64,000 nucleotides of DNA, from positions 20,770,001-20,834,000 of the forward strand of contig CP158635.1 in assembly GCA_050273025.1 (NCBI GenBank), written 5' to 3'. Positions within the stretch are counted from its first letter, which is position 1. Each line of letters opens with the position of its first letter. The notes under the pieces were generated by a model. The model was not told where the DNA came from. It saw nothing but the letters and a program-made list of their open reading frames with translations, and made no database searches. The position numbers were made by a program, and so were the translations under genes. This DNA comes from Cenococcum geophilum. Taxonomy: Eukaryota. Below are positions 40,001-53,458 of this stretch, piece by piece.

Positions 40001-43000
40001 GTTTAATACATTTATCTTAATAACCATTTCTAGTCTTAGTTAATAGATTTTAAGAACTGGCTCCTAGGTAAATAACCTTTTAACTTCCTTAAATAGTTCT
40101 TATTATTTCTTTCCCTATACCTATAGTTCTTCTTTCTTTATTAATCGCGTAAATAGCTTAATATCCTTTAACTATTGCGCTATAAACCTTCTATAGTAAT
40201 TGCAAAACCCTAAAAACGATCTTAACTGCGTAACGTTTTCTAGTTCTTACCAATTTACTATAGCCTTGATCTTCTTTAGATCTATGCTAAGTTAGCCTAG
40301 TTTAATAATAAATTTAACAAAATCTGTCTTCCTAGTAAAGAATTTATATTTCTTAATTACTACTAGCATCTATTCCTCTTATAGTCTCTTTAAAACCCAT
40401 TTAATATATTCCCCGTATTCTTCCTTAGTCATTAAGTAGATAATAATATTGTTAAGGTATACTATAATAAATTCATCCAAGTATTCTCCTAATATATTGT
40501 TAATTTACTTCTAGAACGTTGCTAGTGCGTTTATAAGCCTGAATTGTATAACTAATGGTTTATATAGTCTTTCCTTTAACCTAAAGGCTGCCTTCCATTT
40601 GTCGCCTTCCTTAATTCTGATTTAATGGTACGCCTATCTTAGATCTATCTTCGTAAAGATTTACACGTTGCCTATCCTATCTTAGATTTCGCTAATTAAG
40701 GGTAAAGAATACCTATTCTTTTTAGTAATGCTGTTTAACTATCTATAGTTAATATACAGCCTTAGTTTACTATTTTTCTTTAGTACAAACAGTACCGAAT
40801 AACCCGCTAATAACTGCAATAGTCTAATATATCCCTTTTATAGATTTTCTTAGATAAACTCTTTTAATGCTCTACCTTCTTTTTTAGTAAGCTTATAGAT
40901 TAGAAAAAACCTTAGGCTTATTCCTAGTTCTAATTCTATTTTATAGTCCTATACTATATACTCTAACAGTTTTTTACTTTCCGGCGACTATAGTTTTTTG
41001 CCATACTTATAGTATTTCTTTAGTACATAATCTAACCCCTTCTTAGTTTCTTTATACGTCGCTCTAACTTAGTACTATACTATCTTGGTTTATTATTATA
41101 TTTTACAGTATTAAGTATCTCTAATATTAACCTAACCTATAACCCAATTAATCTTTAGATTGTATTTCTGTAACTAAGGCATCCTTAGTATCGCCTCGTT
41201 CTTCCCTAATAGTAGGATATCGAAAAACATCTAAATTTATCTCCCTTTAATAGTTAACTAAATAGGTCCTGTTTTAAGATTAATAATACCATTCCCGTAG
41301 GCTATCGGATCTCTTAAAATTATTACTAATAAGTATGGGTACTCCTTTCTCCTATATGGTAGTCCCATTCTTTTAACTACTACTAGTAAAATATGGTTCC
41401 TTATTACTCTACTATCTATTAGTGCTTTAAACTATTAATTTTACTATTTAACTTATAAATTTAGGTATTTTCCTTAAATTCCTTTAAGGGTTTAAGGCTC
41501 TACTACTAGTTCCCTCTGGTTCCGTAGGCCTCTACTTTTCCTAACTATTAGCTGCTAGATCTTATTCGTACTTAGTCCACTTTTAGCTAATACTTAGTTC
41601 GCTTTTTGTCTTCAATATACCATAGATAGGTGTTTTCTGGATATTCCTACCATTGTCGTCTATCTAGGCATTCTTCCGTAAGGAATCTTCCTAGTTAAAG
41701 TATTAAGTCCCCTTATTCTTAAACTTTTACTAGGTGCCAGCCATGTATATACTTAGCGTTTTAGTATTCCGCCTTATCCGTTATCTAATATATTCTTATT
41801 AGATACTTCTAATTTTTATCTTTTAGTATCCCATATATACTACACGTATTATCTACGCATGCTATCTATAATAGTATATAATATACTTAGTGTTTTAGGT
41901 TAACTCTTAGCTCATTTTTATCCTTAAGTTTAAACCTTTCTTATATTAATCTAAGTATCGCAACTTTATTCGCAAGTACTAAGATTTATTTCTTACTTCT
42001 CTAGTCCTCTAATTACTCCTTTAGATCTTTTAACATTATAATTAAGGCTCCTTTAATATAAGTTATAGCTTTTTCCGTAATTAGGTAGTTCTAGATAACT
42101 TTTTTATCTAACTATATATAGAAATCCTCCCACTTATTATTATGTCGCTGCCTATACCACTTTTAGTATAGCTACTTAAGTATATACGCTCCGTCCGTAA
42201 GGAAGTATCTTTTTATTACTACGTCATAACAGCCCTTTATATATCGTTCTTCGAATCTAGTTAGAATACCTAGATCCTCTTCTTATTCCAGTTTAATAAG
42301 CCACTTAGCTCTTAGTATGCCTACTCTTAGCCTATTAGTAATTCTCCATATAGGTGCTCTATCCCTTATACGACCTAGTAGACTAGATCTCTTATCTAGT
42401 TTCTGCTCTTACTATAAGGTAATTCTCGCTCTAAATTTCTCTATAGTTTCCTTTTTTTCGCGTCTTATAAGTGGATCCTTAAAGCCTTTATACTTCTTAA
42501 TCTTAGTATCAGTTTTTCAATCTTTAGACTAAACACTATATTTAACTAGTAAGTCTTCTAGGTCTATATATCTGTCTTCTAGTTTAACCGCTGCTTATAT
42601 CGCAGATTCTCTAATCTATAAAGAAGCCGCTTACCTCTTACCTATAGGTATCCTTATTCATTCTCTAAATTCTTAATCCCTTAAATTCTTTAATCCTAAG
42701 CTTGCTTCTAACTTAAGCCTAGCTCCTACCTTAGTCTAACTAGGCGTCCGTAGTATTCTCATCTTATCTTAAAAGTCTTAAATCTTATCTATCTTACTTT
42801 AAGAATTTAATGCCTATAGGAAACTCTATCCCAAGCTTATTCGTATATTCCTAAACTAAGCTATTACCCTACTCCATCGGTTTTCGTCCGTTATAGGTCC
42901 TTAGGTGTACCTTATCTTATCTTAAAAATCTTAGTTATTTCTTATCTCGTCTTAAGAATCTTAAGCCTTTAGTCTTTTACCTTTATTAAGTGGTAAATTA

Positions 43001-45008
43001 GCACTAGCAGTTGTTTACTTACTTAATCTTTATAAAATACTCTTCCTACTGTCTTATAAAGCAATAGATGCTATATCCAACGGTGTTATAATGCCCGTTA
43101 TTAAACCTTACTTTATGGCGGTCTCAGTCTCTGCTTCTAATGCTAATGTCTTAAAATCTCCTTTCTTAATATTGCTAAATAGATTTTTCCTAAAGTCCCT
43201 TTCTAAATACTGCCTTATTAATACTGTATTAAAAGTTACTGTTAGATCTTTATTACATTTATAGAGCCTATCTTACTCTTTATAGTCTTAGGTAGCTCTT
43301 AGTTTCTTTAAACTAGGTTCCTATAGCTAATAGCTTACGCCATACTTGGCGTCTTTATAAATTTAGCACGCGTTATTATAACAAAACGTAAAATAGTTAA
43401 TTAAATAATCCTTTGTTCCTTATAGTGCATTATCATCCCTTTATATATATATACCATCTGCTAGTCCGGTTCCCTTTATTATATAGTAACTCTAACCATC
43501 TTTATAATCTCTAGCAAAATAACCCTGTTTTCCATAATTTATATAAGCTCCCTCTTTAAACCATCTTTCTTACTATAGAGTCCGCCTAAATATCTTCTGC
43601 TACTAAGATCCCTAATTCGGCCTTTGCTCCTTAGACCTTTAATTACTTAATCCTTATCCTCTTAGTTTCTATAGTTTCTTACTCTATCTTTTATAGGTTT
43701 CTTTAGTACCGCTTAGGTCTATTAGCTCTACGCTATATTATAGTTTCTAACTTAGCTTTAGTTAATGCGTACTCTACGCCTTATACAACTATAGAACTCT
43801 ATCCTAACCTCTCTTGGTCTACTCCCTTTAGTAAATTCTATTATTAATCTTTATCGCTTAATCTATTAACTCCCTTAGGGTTTCCGTATCTTCTATTAGG
43901 ATAATTACGTCCTAGACTTTAGCCTTAAGTCCCTGTTTATACTATACCATAAGCGCCTTATTATTCTACTTAACTTATATTACTAGCGTCTAAAACTATA
44001 TTGTATACTTAATTGCTAAGGTTCGCTGCGTAATATCTTAAAGCTTTCTTTCTGCCGTAGTTGTTACCTCCGGATCTCTAAACATCTATATAAGTCGTTC
44101 CGCGAATCCCTCCTAACTTAAGAACATAAACAATACTTCTTAGTTTATAGTTGTTATTCCATTAGCTTATATCTCTATAAGGTAAGATTTAAACTATTTA
44201 AGTGCCCTTCCTATTAAGAATAGCCCTGCGTACGCTATTTGATCTACAGGTATTACTAGCTTTGCTCCTTTCTATATTACCTTAAAGTATATTTATATAC
44301 GGAATCCCTTAAGCTTTAATCGTTCTCCTAAGAATCGTTTAATTAATGGTAACTTAACCTTTACTGCGCCTATCCTGTTAACCCTATATTTTAGTGCCGC
44401 ATTGTTCGCCGTTAACTAGTCAATTATTTCCTGTAACTATCTAACCGTTATGGGTTGTTACGAGTTAGTGTCCGCTATACTAGTGTTCCCTCCTAACCTT
44501 AAAGTAGTTGCCGCCGTTAATAGCGTTATGGTAGCTGCTTTTGGTGGCATATTATTTAACTTTTAATACCATAACTAGGTAGTAATTGTGTAACGGAATC
44601 TTATAGTAAGTACTACAATAGGTCCTATTAATGGGCTAGGTATATAGGTAATACGTAAGTTAACAACGTAATAATAACTAGTGGAGTGGTTACCTAATAG
44701 ATTAACTCTAATTATATTCTGAGAATTACTACAAGGAAGGAACTATCTAGGTAGGGACTAAGGGTCCTTAATAACACGCCCGTACTCCTATAAAATCCTT
44801 CTTATATATAATGTACGTAAGGTACGTAAGATACGTAAGTTCCGTTCGTTCTCTACGTTCCTTACGTAGCATATTATATAACTTATACTACCATTCCTCG
44901 TTATATGGTTCTATCGGTTCCATCCTAGACCGTGCTCTTATTAACCAACTAGCTTCCTCTAACTCCTCTCCAAGTAGTCGTAGCATCGTACTTAAAGCGT
45001 CCGTAACA
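37036..45008 (-). mobile_element. Family A copy A4, uninterrupted full length (~7.97 kb), RIP-inactivated
   Basis: LTRs 37036-37455 and 44589-45008; TSD CTATA; integrase core ILVIVDKL..IISDRDPRF at 38961-39197. Confidence 0.93.
37564..38220 (+). pseudogene. Antisense Zn2Cys6-like ORF of A4 (end approximate)
   Basis: Homologous to 26885-27560 (ORF 37642-37824). Confidence 0.62.
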
Positions 45009-47039
45009 CTATAGTAAATTAGTAAGAACTAGAGAACATTACGCAGTTAAGATTATTCCTAGGGTTTTACAATTACTATAGAAGGTTTATAGCGCAATGG
45101 TTAAAGAATATAGAACCATTTATATAACTAATAAAAAAAGAAGAACTATAGGCATAGGGAAAAGAGTAATAAGAACTATTTAAGAAAGTTAAGAAATTAT
45201 TTACCTAAGAGCTAGTTCTTAAAATCTATTAACTAAGTCTAAAGACGGTTGTAGAAATAAATACATTAGACTTTATACTAGGGGCGTATTTTATATAAAA
45301 GCATCTAAATAGATGGCACCTAGTAGCATACTATAGTCAGAAGATAACACTACTAGAGTTAAACTATAATATCTATAATAAGGAGTTATTAGGTATAGTT
45401 ACAGTATTAAAAAAATAAAGAGCATTCTTATAAGGCATAGAAAAACTATTTATAGTTAAAACGGATTATAAAAACCTAATAGGATTTTTAATAATAAAGA
45501 AACTTAACTAAAAATAGGTTAAATAGGTAGAAATACTTACAAAATACTATTTTAAGATTTAGTATACTAAGGGTACAGACAATATATAAGCTAATGCGTT
45601 AAGTTAAAAGGCTAAACTATAAAATGATAAAAAGCCATTAGGGGCTTTACTGCGAAAAGATATAAATAGGTTAATTAGATATAATTATCCCAAAATTATA
45701 ATAACTTAGGAAAACGAGTTAAATAGAATTTATAAGTTACTAGAAAGCTTTTAGGTATAGAAAATTCTAAAAGCATAGCTAAAAGATCTATAAATGGATA
45801 TATATAAAAACCAAGAAGTAAAGTATATTCTAAGAAGTATAGCAGAGCACTTTATAGAAGATTTTTATAAGGGATTAACTTAAGGACATAACGGAGCTAT
45901 GGGATTAGTATTAAGACTTTAAGAGGAGTATATTATTAACGGAATCTAAAGGATAGCTAAAAAGGTTACTAAAGAGTATCTAAATTACTAAAGGAATAAA
46001 CTAATAAGGTATAAGCTATATAAAGGGCTATAACCTATTAAAATACTAGAAAGACTATAGAAGGTTATATTATAGGACTTTATTATTAAGTTACTAAAAT
46101 TAAGAGATCCTATTATAGGATAAGATTATAACATAATCTTAGTAATAGTAGATAAGCTTATAAAGTAGGGATACTTTATAGCATATACAGAAGAAATATT
46201 AGTAGAAGATATTACTAAAATCTATATTAAAGAAGTATTTATAAGACATAGAGTACTAAGTAAAATTATATTAGATAGAGATCTAAGATTTATAGTAGTA
46301 TTTTAGGAGGTATTCTTAACAAAGTAAGGAGTTAGAGCAGTAACTTCTACCGCATATTATCCGCAGATAGATGGTTAAACGGAAAGACTAAATTAAATAC
46401 TAGAGCAGTATCTAAAATACTATATTAATTACGCACAGAATAATTGGGTATTATTATTACTAGTTATATAGTTTATATATAATATAACACCATAAAAAGG
46501 AATAGGTACGTCACTATTTAAGGCAAATTACGGATATAAGCTAAGAACATCGTTATTGCTATATTAAGTAAAAAAGATAAGTAGTATAGCTAAATAAAAA
46601 ATAGAGATATTAATAAATCTTTATAAGAACCTTACAGAAACAGCTAAAGTAGTATAGTAAAAAATAAAAAAGTACTATAATACTAAGAGATCTAAGGGAC
46701 TAAATCTTAAGGAGGGAGATAAAGTATAACTACTATATAAAAATTTCAAGAGTTAACAACTAAGTAAGAAATTGGACTATATTAGACTAAGACCTTTTAA
46801 AATTATAAAGAGGATTTTACTAGTTATATTTAAGTTAAACCTACTAGCTAAGATAAAAATCTACCCTATATAGCATATTGTAATGCTAGAGCCAGTATAT
46901 AGGAATATTAAGCTACTAGTTTACAAAGCAGACACGTATAAAGAATAAGAAGAAGATAAATAGCAAGTTTTAAGGATCGTTAATTACAAGGACGTTAATA
47001 ATAAAACTACCTAGGAGCCACTAAAAAATCTAAAGAACG

Positions 47040-47702
47040 TTATAGGAAAGGTACAGGAGTATTAGAAGAAATTAGGTTAGGTAATATTAACAAAGAAGAA
47101 TTAAAAAAGGAGTTACTTAAGGGGGACCCAGGAGGAACAGCTACTAAGCTATTTAGACTTATTTCCTTTATAGGGGAGTTTGTCTTCCGTTACTAAGTTC
47201 CTGCAGACCTTATTTTATAAGCTTCTACTCCTTAAAACGGACCTTTTTATAAACCCGTTTAAGACGCAGAAGATAAGTAAAGGCTAAGAGACAAGTTTTA
47301 AGGGCACGCTATTAAGCAGCTACAGCCTCTTATTCCGCCTTTTATAATTAACGCAATTTATTAAGGGCGCTTAAGAGCTTACTATTAAGCTTTATAGCAG
47401 TAGATTAAACATAAAACCCTATAATAAATTACTTAGGGAACTTAAAGACTATTAAGAGTTATAGGACGCGTATATTTAGCGTTAAAAATAAAGTAAACGT
47501 TATAGAATAAATAAATATTTACTTTAGTATACTCTAAATAAAAGGAAGGTTGCTAAGATAAAGGACTTACTAGTATAACGCAAATTAACCCTTCTTTCGC
47601 ATAATAAGAACACGGAGATAGTATTATTTTACCTAGTAATAGTATAGCAGTAATAGTGCGAGCACGTTAAACTATAGAAGAAAGAGAAATTGCTTTAGGT
47701 AT
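47040..47702 (-). pseudogene. Antisense Zn2Cys6-like ORF of A2 (ends approximate)
   Basis: Minus strand reads SPCSYYAKEGLICV, retaining Cys codons that are lost in the other two copies. Confidence 0.62.
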
Positions 47703-50640
47703 AATAAGTAATAATATTAACTAAATTAATTAAATAGATATTATACCTCTAGTTAACAACTTAGAGATATTTAGAATCTTTAAGAATAAAGATAAAAAGG
47801 AGGGAGATAGTATTACGGACGCTTTAAGTATAATATTATAACTACTTAGAGAAGAGTTAGAAGAAGCTAGTTAGTTAATATAGGCATAGTCTAAAATAGA
47901 GCTGGTAGAACTATATAACGAGAAATAGTAACCAAGTTATATAATATAATTTATATATAATCTATATAATCTATAATAAAGTAAATAGAGTACGCGTACC
48001 TTATATATAAGAAGGGTTTCCTAGGAGTATAGTTATGTATTTAAAGGACCATAGTCCCTACTCTAGATAGTTCTTTCCTTATAGTGATTCTTAGAATACA
48101 ATTAGAGTTAATCTATTAGGAAACCACTCCACTAGTTGTTACGTTGTTAATTTACTTGCAATACTTATACACCTAGCCTATTAACAAGCCTATCGTAGTT
48201 CCTACTACAAGGTTCCGTTATATACTAAAATATACCTCTTACTTCTCTAGTCCTCTAATTGTTCCTTTAAATCCTTTAATATTATAATTAAGGCTCCCTT
48301 AATATAGTTTATTACTTTTTCCGTAATAGGGTAGTCCTAAATAACTCGCTTATCTAACTATATATAGAAATCTTCCTATTTGTTATTATATCGCTATCTA
48401 TACTACTTTTAGTATAGCTGCTAGAGTGTATATAGCTTGTCTATAAGGTAGTATCTTCTTATTACTATATCGTAATAACCCTTTATATATTATTTTTTAA
48501 ATCTAATAGGGATTTCTAGATTCTCTTTATCTTCTAGTTTAGTAAGCTACTTAGCTCTTAGCGTACCTACCCTAGGCCTATTAGTAATTCTTTATATAGG
48601 TGCTCTGTCCCTTATATAACCGGGTATATTAGATCTCTAATCTAGTTTCTATTCCTACTATATAAGGATTCTCTGTCTAAATTCCTCTATGGTTTCTTTT
48701 GTTTTTTGCCTTATAAGTAGATTTTTAAAGTCTTCTTACTTCTTAACCTTGGTTTGTTTAATAGTCTTTATTTATATTTAAAAATCTTAGTTCTATAGGA
48801 TTCTTAATCCTAGGCTTACTTCTATTTTAAGCTTAGCTCTAGCCTTAGTTTAACTAGGCTTCTATAGGGTTCTTATCTTATTTTAAGAATCTTAAATCTT
48901 ACTTATCTTATCTTGAGAATCTTATGCCTTTAGGAAACTTTATCCCAAGCTTATTTATATATTACTAAACTAAGCTATTACTCTACTCTATTGGTTATTA
49001 TCTATTATAGGTCCTTAAGCTTACCTTATCTTATTTTAAGAATCTTAGTTGTCTCTTATCTCTTCCTAAGAATCTTAAGCCTGTGGCCTTTTGCCTTTAT
49101 TAAGTGCTAAAGTGGTTTATTACCCTACTTCTCTTACGTCTTATAAAGTAATAGATATTATATCTAATAGGGTCTTAATCCCTACTAATATTCCCTATTC
49201 TATAGTGGAATTATTCTCTACCTCTTTTATAAAATCTCTAAGGTCTATATACTTTTAATAAGCTGCCTTTATTACCTTATTATTACTAAATATTTTACCT
49301 ATATTAAATTTATTGTCCTTAATATCCGATCTATAAGATAGTTTATTAGTTCCTTTAAACTTTAATAATTTTAGCTCCTATATCTAATAGCTTACGCTAT
49401 ACTTAGCGTCCTTATAAATTTAGTATATGTTATTATAATAAAACGTAAAACTTTTAATTAAACACTCTTTTGTTCCTTATAGTATATTATTATCCCTTTA
49501 TATATATATATCGTCTACTAGTCTTATTCCTTTTATTATATAGTAACTCTACCTACTTTTATAGTCTCTAATAAAATAACCTTATTTTCTATAATTTATA
49601 TAAGCTCCTTCTTTAAACTATTTTTCTTACTATAAAGTCCGCCTAAACGTCTTCTACTACTAAAATCCCTAGTTTAGCCTCTACTCCTTAGACTTTTAAT
49701 TACTTAATCCTTATCCTTTAGGTTTCTATAGTCGTTTATTCTATTTCTTATTTTCTTTAATATTACTTAGGGCTATTAGCTCTGCGCTATACTATAGTTT
49801 TTAACTTTAACTTTATTATTACGTACCCTACGCCTTATATAACTATAAAACTCTATTCTAACCCTTTTTAGTCTACTCTCTTTAATAGATCCTATTATTA
49901 ATCTTAATTACTTAATTAATTAATTCTCTAAGAGTATCCGCATCTTCTATTAGGATAATTACGTCCTAGACTTTTACTTTAAGTCCTTATTTATACTATG
50001 CTATAAGCGCCTTATTATTCTATTTAACCTATATTGCTAATATTTAAAACTATATCATATACTTAATTACTAAAGTTCTTTATACTAGGTTTTAAAGCTT
50101 TTTTTTTACTATAGTAGTTGCCTCCGGGTCTCTAAATATTTATATTAGGTATTCCGTAAACCCATTTTAACTTAAGAATATATACTATACCTCCTAGTTA
50201 GTAGTTATTATACTATATTCCTATACCTCCATTAAGTAAGGCTTAAACTACTTAAGTGCTCTCCCTATTAAGAACAATCCTGCGTAAGTAACTTAATCTA
50301 TAGGTGTTCCTAGTTTAACTCCCTCTTATATAACCTTAAAGTGTATTTATGTAAGGAATTCTTTAAGATTTAACTTCTTTCCTAAGAATTATTTAATTAA
50401 GGGTAACTTAACCTTTGCTGCTCTAATGCTATTAATTCTTTCTTTAAGTATCTTATTATTGCCTATTAATTAATTAACTATTTCCTGTAACTATCTAACG
50501 GTAACTAGCTAAGAGTTAGTATCTGCTATACTAGTGTTATTACCTAATCCCAATATAGTTGCTGCTATTAACGGCATTATAGCTACTGCTTTTAGTAGTA
50601 TATTATTTAACTTCTTTTACTATAACCTTAGTAGTGAATG

Positions 50641-51060
50641 TATAATAAAGCCTTATAGGAAATACTACGGTAGACTTATTAATGGGCTAGGTATATAGGT
50701 ATAGAATAGTTAATAACGTAAATATAACTAGTGGAGTAGTTACCTAATAGATTAACTCTAATTGTCTTCTAAGATTTATTACTAAGAAAGAGAAACTATC
50801 TATAAAGACCGTGTGTCTTTAAATATATAACTCCTTTCTATAGTAAAGGGTTTAGTATATTAGTACATTAGTATATTAGTACGTTACGTTCCTACATTCC
50901 CACGTTCCTACGTTCCGAACTTATAACGTAACTAGCTACGTAACTCGGCTACCCCTTATCCTATAGCTTAATCGGTTCCAGCGCCTTCCGTACTATCTTA
51001 ACTAACCCATTCGTGTCCATCCTTAATAGTCGTACTACTGCCGATATAAGGTCCGTAACA
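50641..51060 (-). repeat. 5' LTR of host element A0
   Basis: Ends in CCGTAACA; left half homologous to family A LTRs, right half (U3) divergent. Confidence 0.85.
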
Positions 51061-52100
51061 GGATAAAATATATAGTAGTAGCAATATATAAACCTAATAA
51101 ATACTTAGCCGTAGTTTAAAGGTAAGACTTAACTAAACCTAGTATCTTAGAGCCCGTCTCCTAGTACTAAGTAATTACCCTTTTAAGCCCTTTAATATTA
51201 TAGCCGCTAGTAATTATAAATAGGCCTTAGTTAATAAAGTTAACGCGTTAAATCTGGTCCTTATTACGGTAGACGCTATCTAGTATTACTAAGAGCTTCG
51301 CCCCCTATAGCGGCTATAAGGCTTCACCTTCTAATTACTATATATAAAGCTTAGTAATAGTAAAAATATAGTTATTTATAACTAAGTATTGGACTATTTT
51401 ATTAAATAGGGCGTTTAGGGCCTCTTTATCCTTTATAGCTTTCTGTAACCGACTACTAACACTGTGCTGCGATATAAGATCACCGCTTGGAAGGCTCCAA
51501 GACAGCGTTAACGCCACCCTATATATTGATTGCAGATCAATATTACTTGCAGATTACTGTTCCCGTTTCAGTTACCTATTACCCTATTATGTCTTATTAC
51601 CTCTACCTTCTTTGTGTATATATAGAGGCTTTAGAGCTACATTTACAATCAAGTCGTTTATTTAATTCTTCGCACTGTAAAGCTTACACTTTCTCCTCTG
51701 CGGCTACCGCTGCCCCTATAGCTACCTTCCCCCCTAGCTGCCCTCCCGCCATCTTCTACCTCTTCTTCGCTTACTTACTATCTTTCTATATCTCTTTCTG
51801 TTTTAACTTCCGTTTTTAATAGCTAATAGCCTATAATTCTTAGTTAATAACTTACTACTCTAAAAATAGGTAAAGCTTATCTTCTGTTACCTAGGCGCCG
51901 TTTATATTACCTTCTAGTTTTACGCATTAATCTTCCTACTCTTTTTACTTCGGCTTATACGCCCTTATAATATTCTTTAAGCGCTAAGCCTTATAAATAT
52001 CCTATGGCCGCGCTGTTTAGGCCTTAAATTCACTCTAAAGGCTATAGGGGGGGGAGGCTAAAGGGGCTTCCTTTAACTATAAAGTGGATCGTAGGGTAAG
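51061..52100 (-). pseudogene. RIP-degraded Crypton/NDC10-type tyrosine recombinase, N-terminal part (start approximate)
   Basis: Minus strand reads RLKNIIRAYKPK*KE*ED*C...VTEDKLYLFL...NYIFTITKLYI**...NFIN*GLFIITSGY...SYL*TTAKYLLG. These match the RPKNT..AY..KQ.EW..WC, VTE.KL.LFL, Y.SAI..LY..Q, DRG..T...GY and LRT....LLG blocks I recall from fungal CryptonF/Ndc10-like proteins. Confidence 0.78.
51444..51688. mobile_element. Solo LTR family E, 245 bp, inserted in the Crypton ORF
   Basis: TGTAA...TTACA ends; TSD CTTTC; reverse-complement homolog of 63729-63963. Confidence 0.9.
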
Positions 52101-52559
52101 AAGATTTTTAAAAGACTCTATATCTGTAAAAGGTAAGGGGGGAAACGCGTAAGCGCGGTATAGGTAAATAGAGCTACCAAACGCGTAAATATTAAAGGAG
52201 AAGGGAGAAGAGAGCTCTATATTATAGAATTAGAATTACAGCGGGCCTTTTTATATAAAATTAGAAGCCCTATATAAGCTAGAAGCTAGCGCGGGCATAA
52301 AAATAGGAGAGGGTTAGAAAATAGAATTGTCGAGGCGACGATAAGGTCGAGGGCGCGCGCTAAGGACCTTTATACTAACCTTGTACTAACCTAGGCCTTA
52401 AAAACGCGTCCGAAAAGTAGGGGCCACTACCTAAGGGGCGGGGTGATATTTGGACGATATGTCGCGGACCTTAGGGGGTCGTGCGTAACCCGAGGTTATG
52501 CTAAGCTTAACCCGGACCTCCAATACCTAACCTTTTATATAATAGAGCTATAATATCGC

Positions 52560-53235
52560 CATAATATAGAGGACAGAGAAAATAAAGAGCTTTTACCTAA
52601 TAGTATTTTAGAAATAATTAGACCTGGAGAAGTACGTCAAGTATGGCAGTGAGGTAAGATTTTGAAAACTTTCGACCACCACTAAAGCATGGACTATAAG
52701 CCTTAGACGCTTACCTTAGAAGCTTAGACCAAGAAAACGATTGTGCGGATATAGGAATATCCGCACCGTCCGCTAAGCTGATTTAGGACGGCAATTGGTC
52801 TGAGAGACTTTGGCGAGATTTGTGGGAAAACCTAAATACAGTTTATATGAAGGAGACCTCATCAACTTTGACAAAATTGATCTACCCTCCTACAATACCC
52901 GTCGACATAAAAATTACACCAAACTGTAGAGAAAAGCCTACTCTATAAAGCTATGAGATCCTCAGCTCCTTATACCGGCGCGACGTTAAGAGGAAGTCGT
53001 CGCGGTAGAGGCCACAACTCTACCTCAGCACGAAGCTCTGCGGAGGCTCTGCACGAAGCTCTGCACGAAGCTCTGCACGAAACTCTGCATTAAGCTCTGC
53101 ACGAAGCTCTACTAAGGCTCTGCACGAGGCTCTGCCCCCTAGTAGTAGTGGATGCACTCCGGGCCAAGGGAGGATATTTTCAAGGAAGGACCCAACTATA
53201 GCACCTCCTAGGTGTTTCAATAGCCTTAAGTAGTA
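52560..53235 (+). pseudogene. Possible degraded gene fragment of unknown function
   Basis: Less RIP-biased sequence; GTAAGA donor-like site near 52654; a frame reading AYLRSLDQENDC..WSERLWRDLWENL with scattered TAG/TAA stops. Confidence 0.3.
53028..53135 (+). repeat. 12-bp tandem repeat GCACGAAGCTCT, ~9 degenerate copies
   Basis: Directly visible in the sequence. Confidence 0.9.
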
Positions 53236-53458
53236 GATATCTACATATCTGTATAGTTTTATCTATATTAGCAGACTATTTAATAAGATATAATATATGG
53301 TTATAATTTTAATAACGCGTTTTTTAACTTTAACGAAATTAATATTAGGACTAGGCAATAGCCGTATTATAAAATTTATACTATTTAGAAGTCCTAAGTC
53401 TTAAAAATATTATATTAACTTTTAATAATAATAATGCGTTATGTAAATGAATAAATTA

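Larger units (their letters stand above)
24313..48222 (+). mobile_element. Family A copy A2 (full length, carrying A3 and A4)
   Basis: LTRs 24313-24731 and 47811-48222; TSD TACTA; gag ATGCCACCAAAA at 24771; PPT GGAGGGAGATAG before the 3' LTR; pol in 34323-37035 and 45009-47100. Confidence 0.92.
8036..51060 (-). mobile_element. Gypsy family A-related host element (A0, divergent LTR), split into 8036-9778, 23467-24312 and 48223-51060 by nested insertions
   Basis: The pieces rejoin collinearly across TSDs TTAAC and TACTA into integrase-part/RH/RT, protease and gag. The 5' LTR is at 50641-51060; the 3' end lies beyond A1, left of the window. Confidence 0.85.

Noticed and set aside
2856..45014. 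Many Leu/Ile/Tyr-rich short ORFs (e.g. 2856, 16618, 29555, 31672, 42317, 44811)
   Set aside because: Antisense artefacts of RIP-mutated gag/pol or LTR sequence.
51061..52100. Starship captain (DUF3435)
   Set aside because: The motifs resemble the Crypton/Ndc10 type rather than DUF3435, and no Starship boundary is evident.
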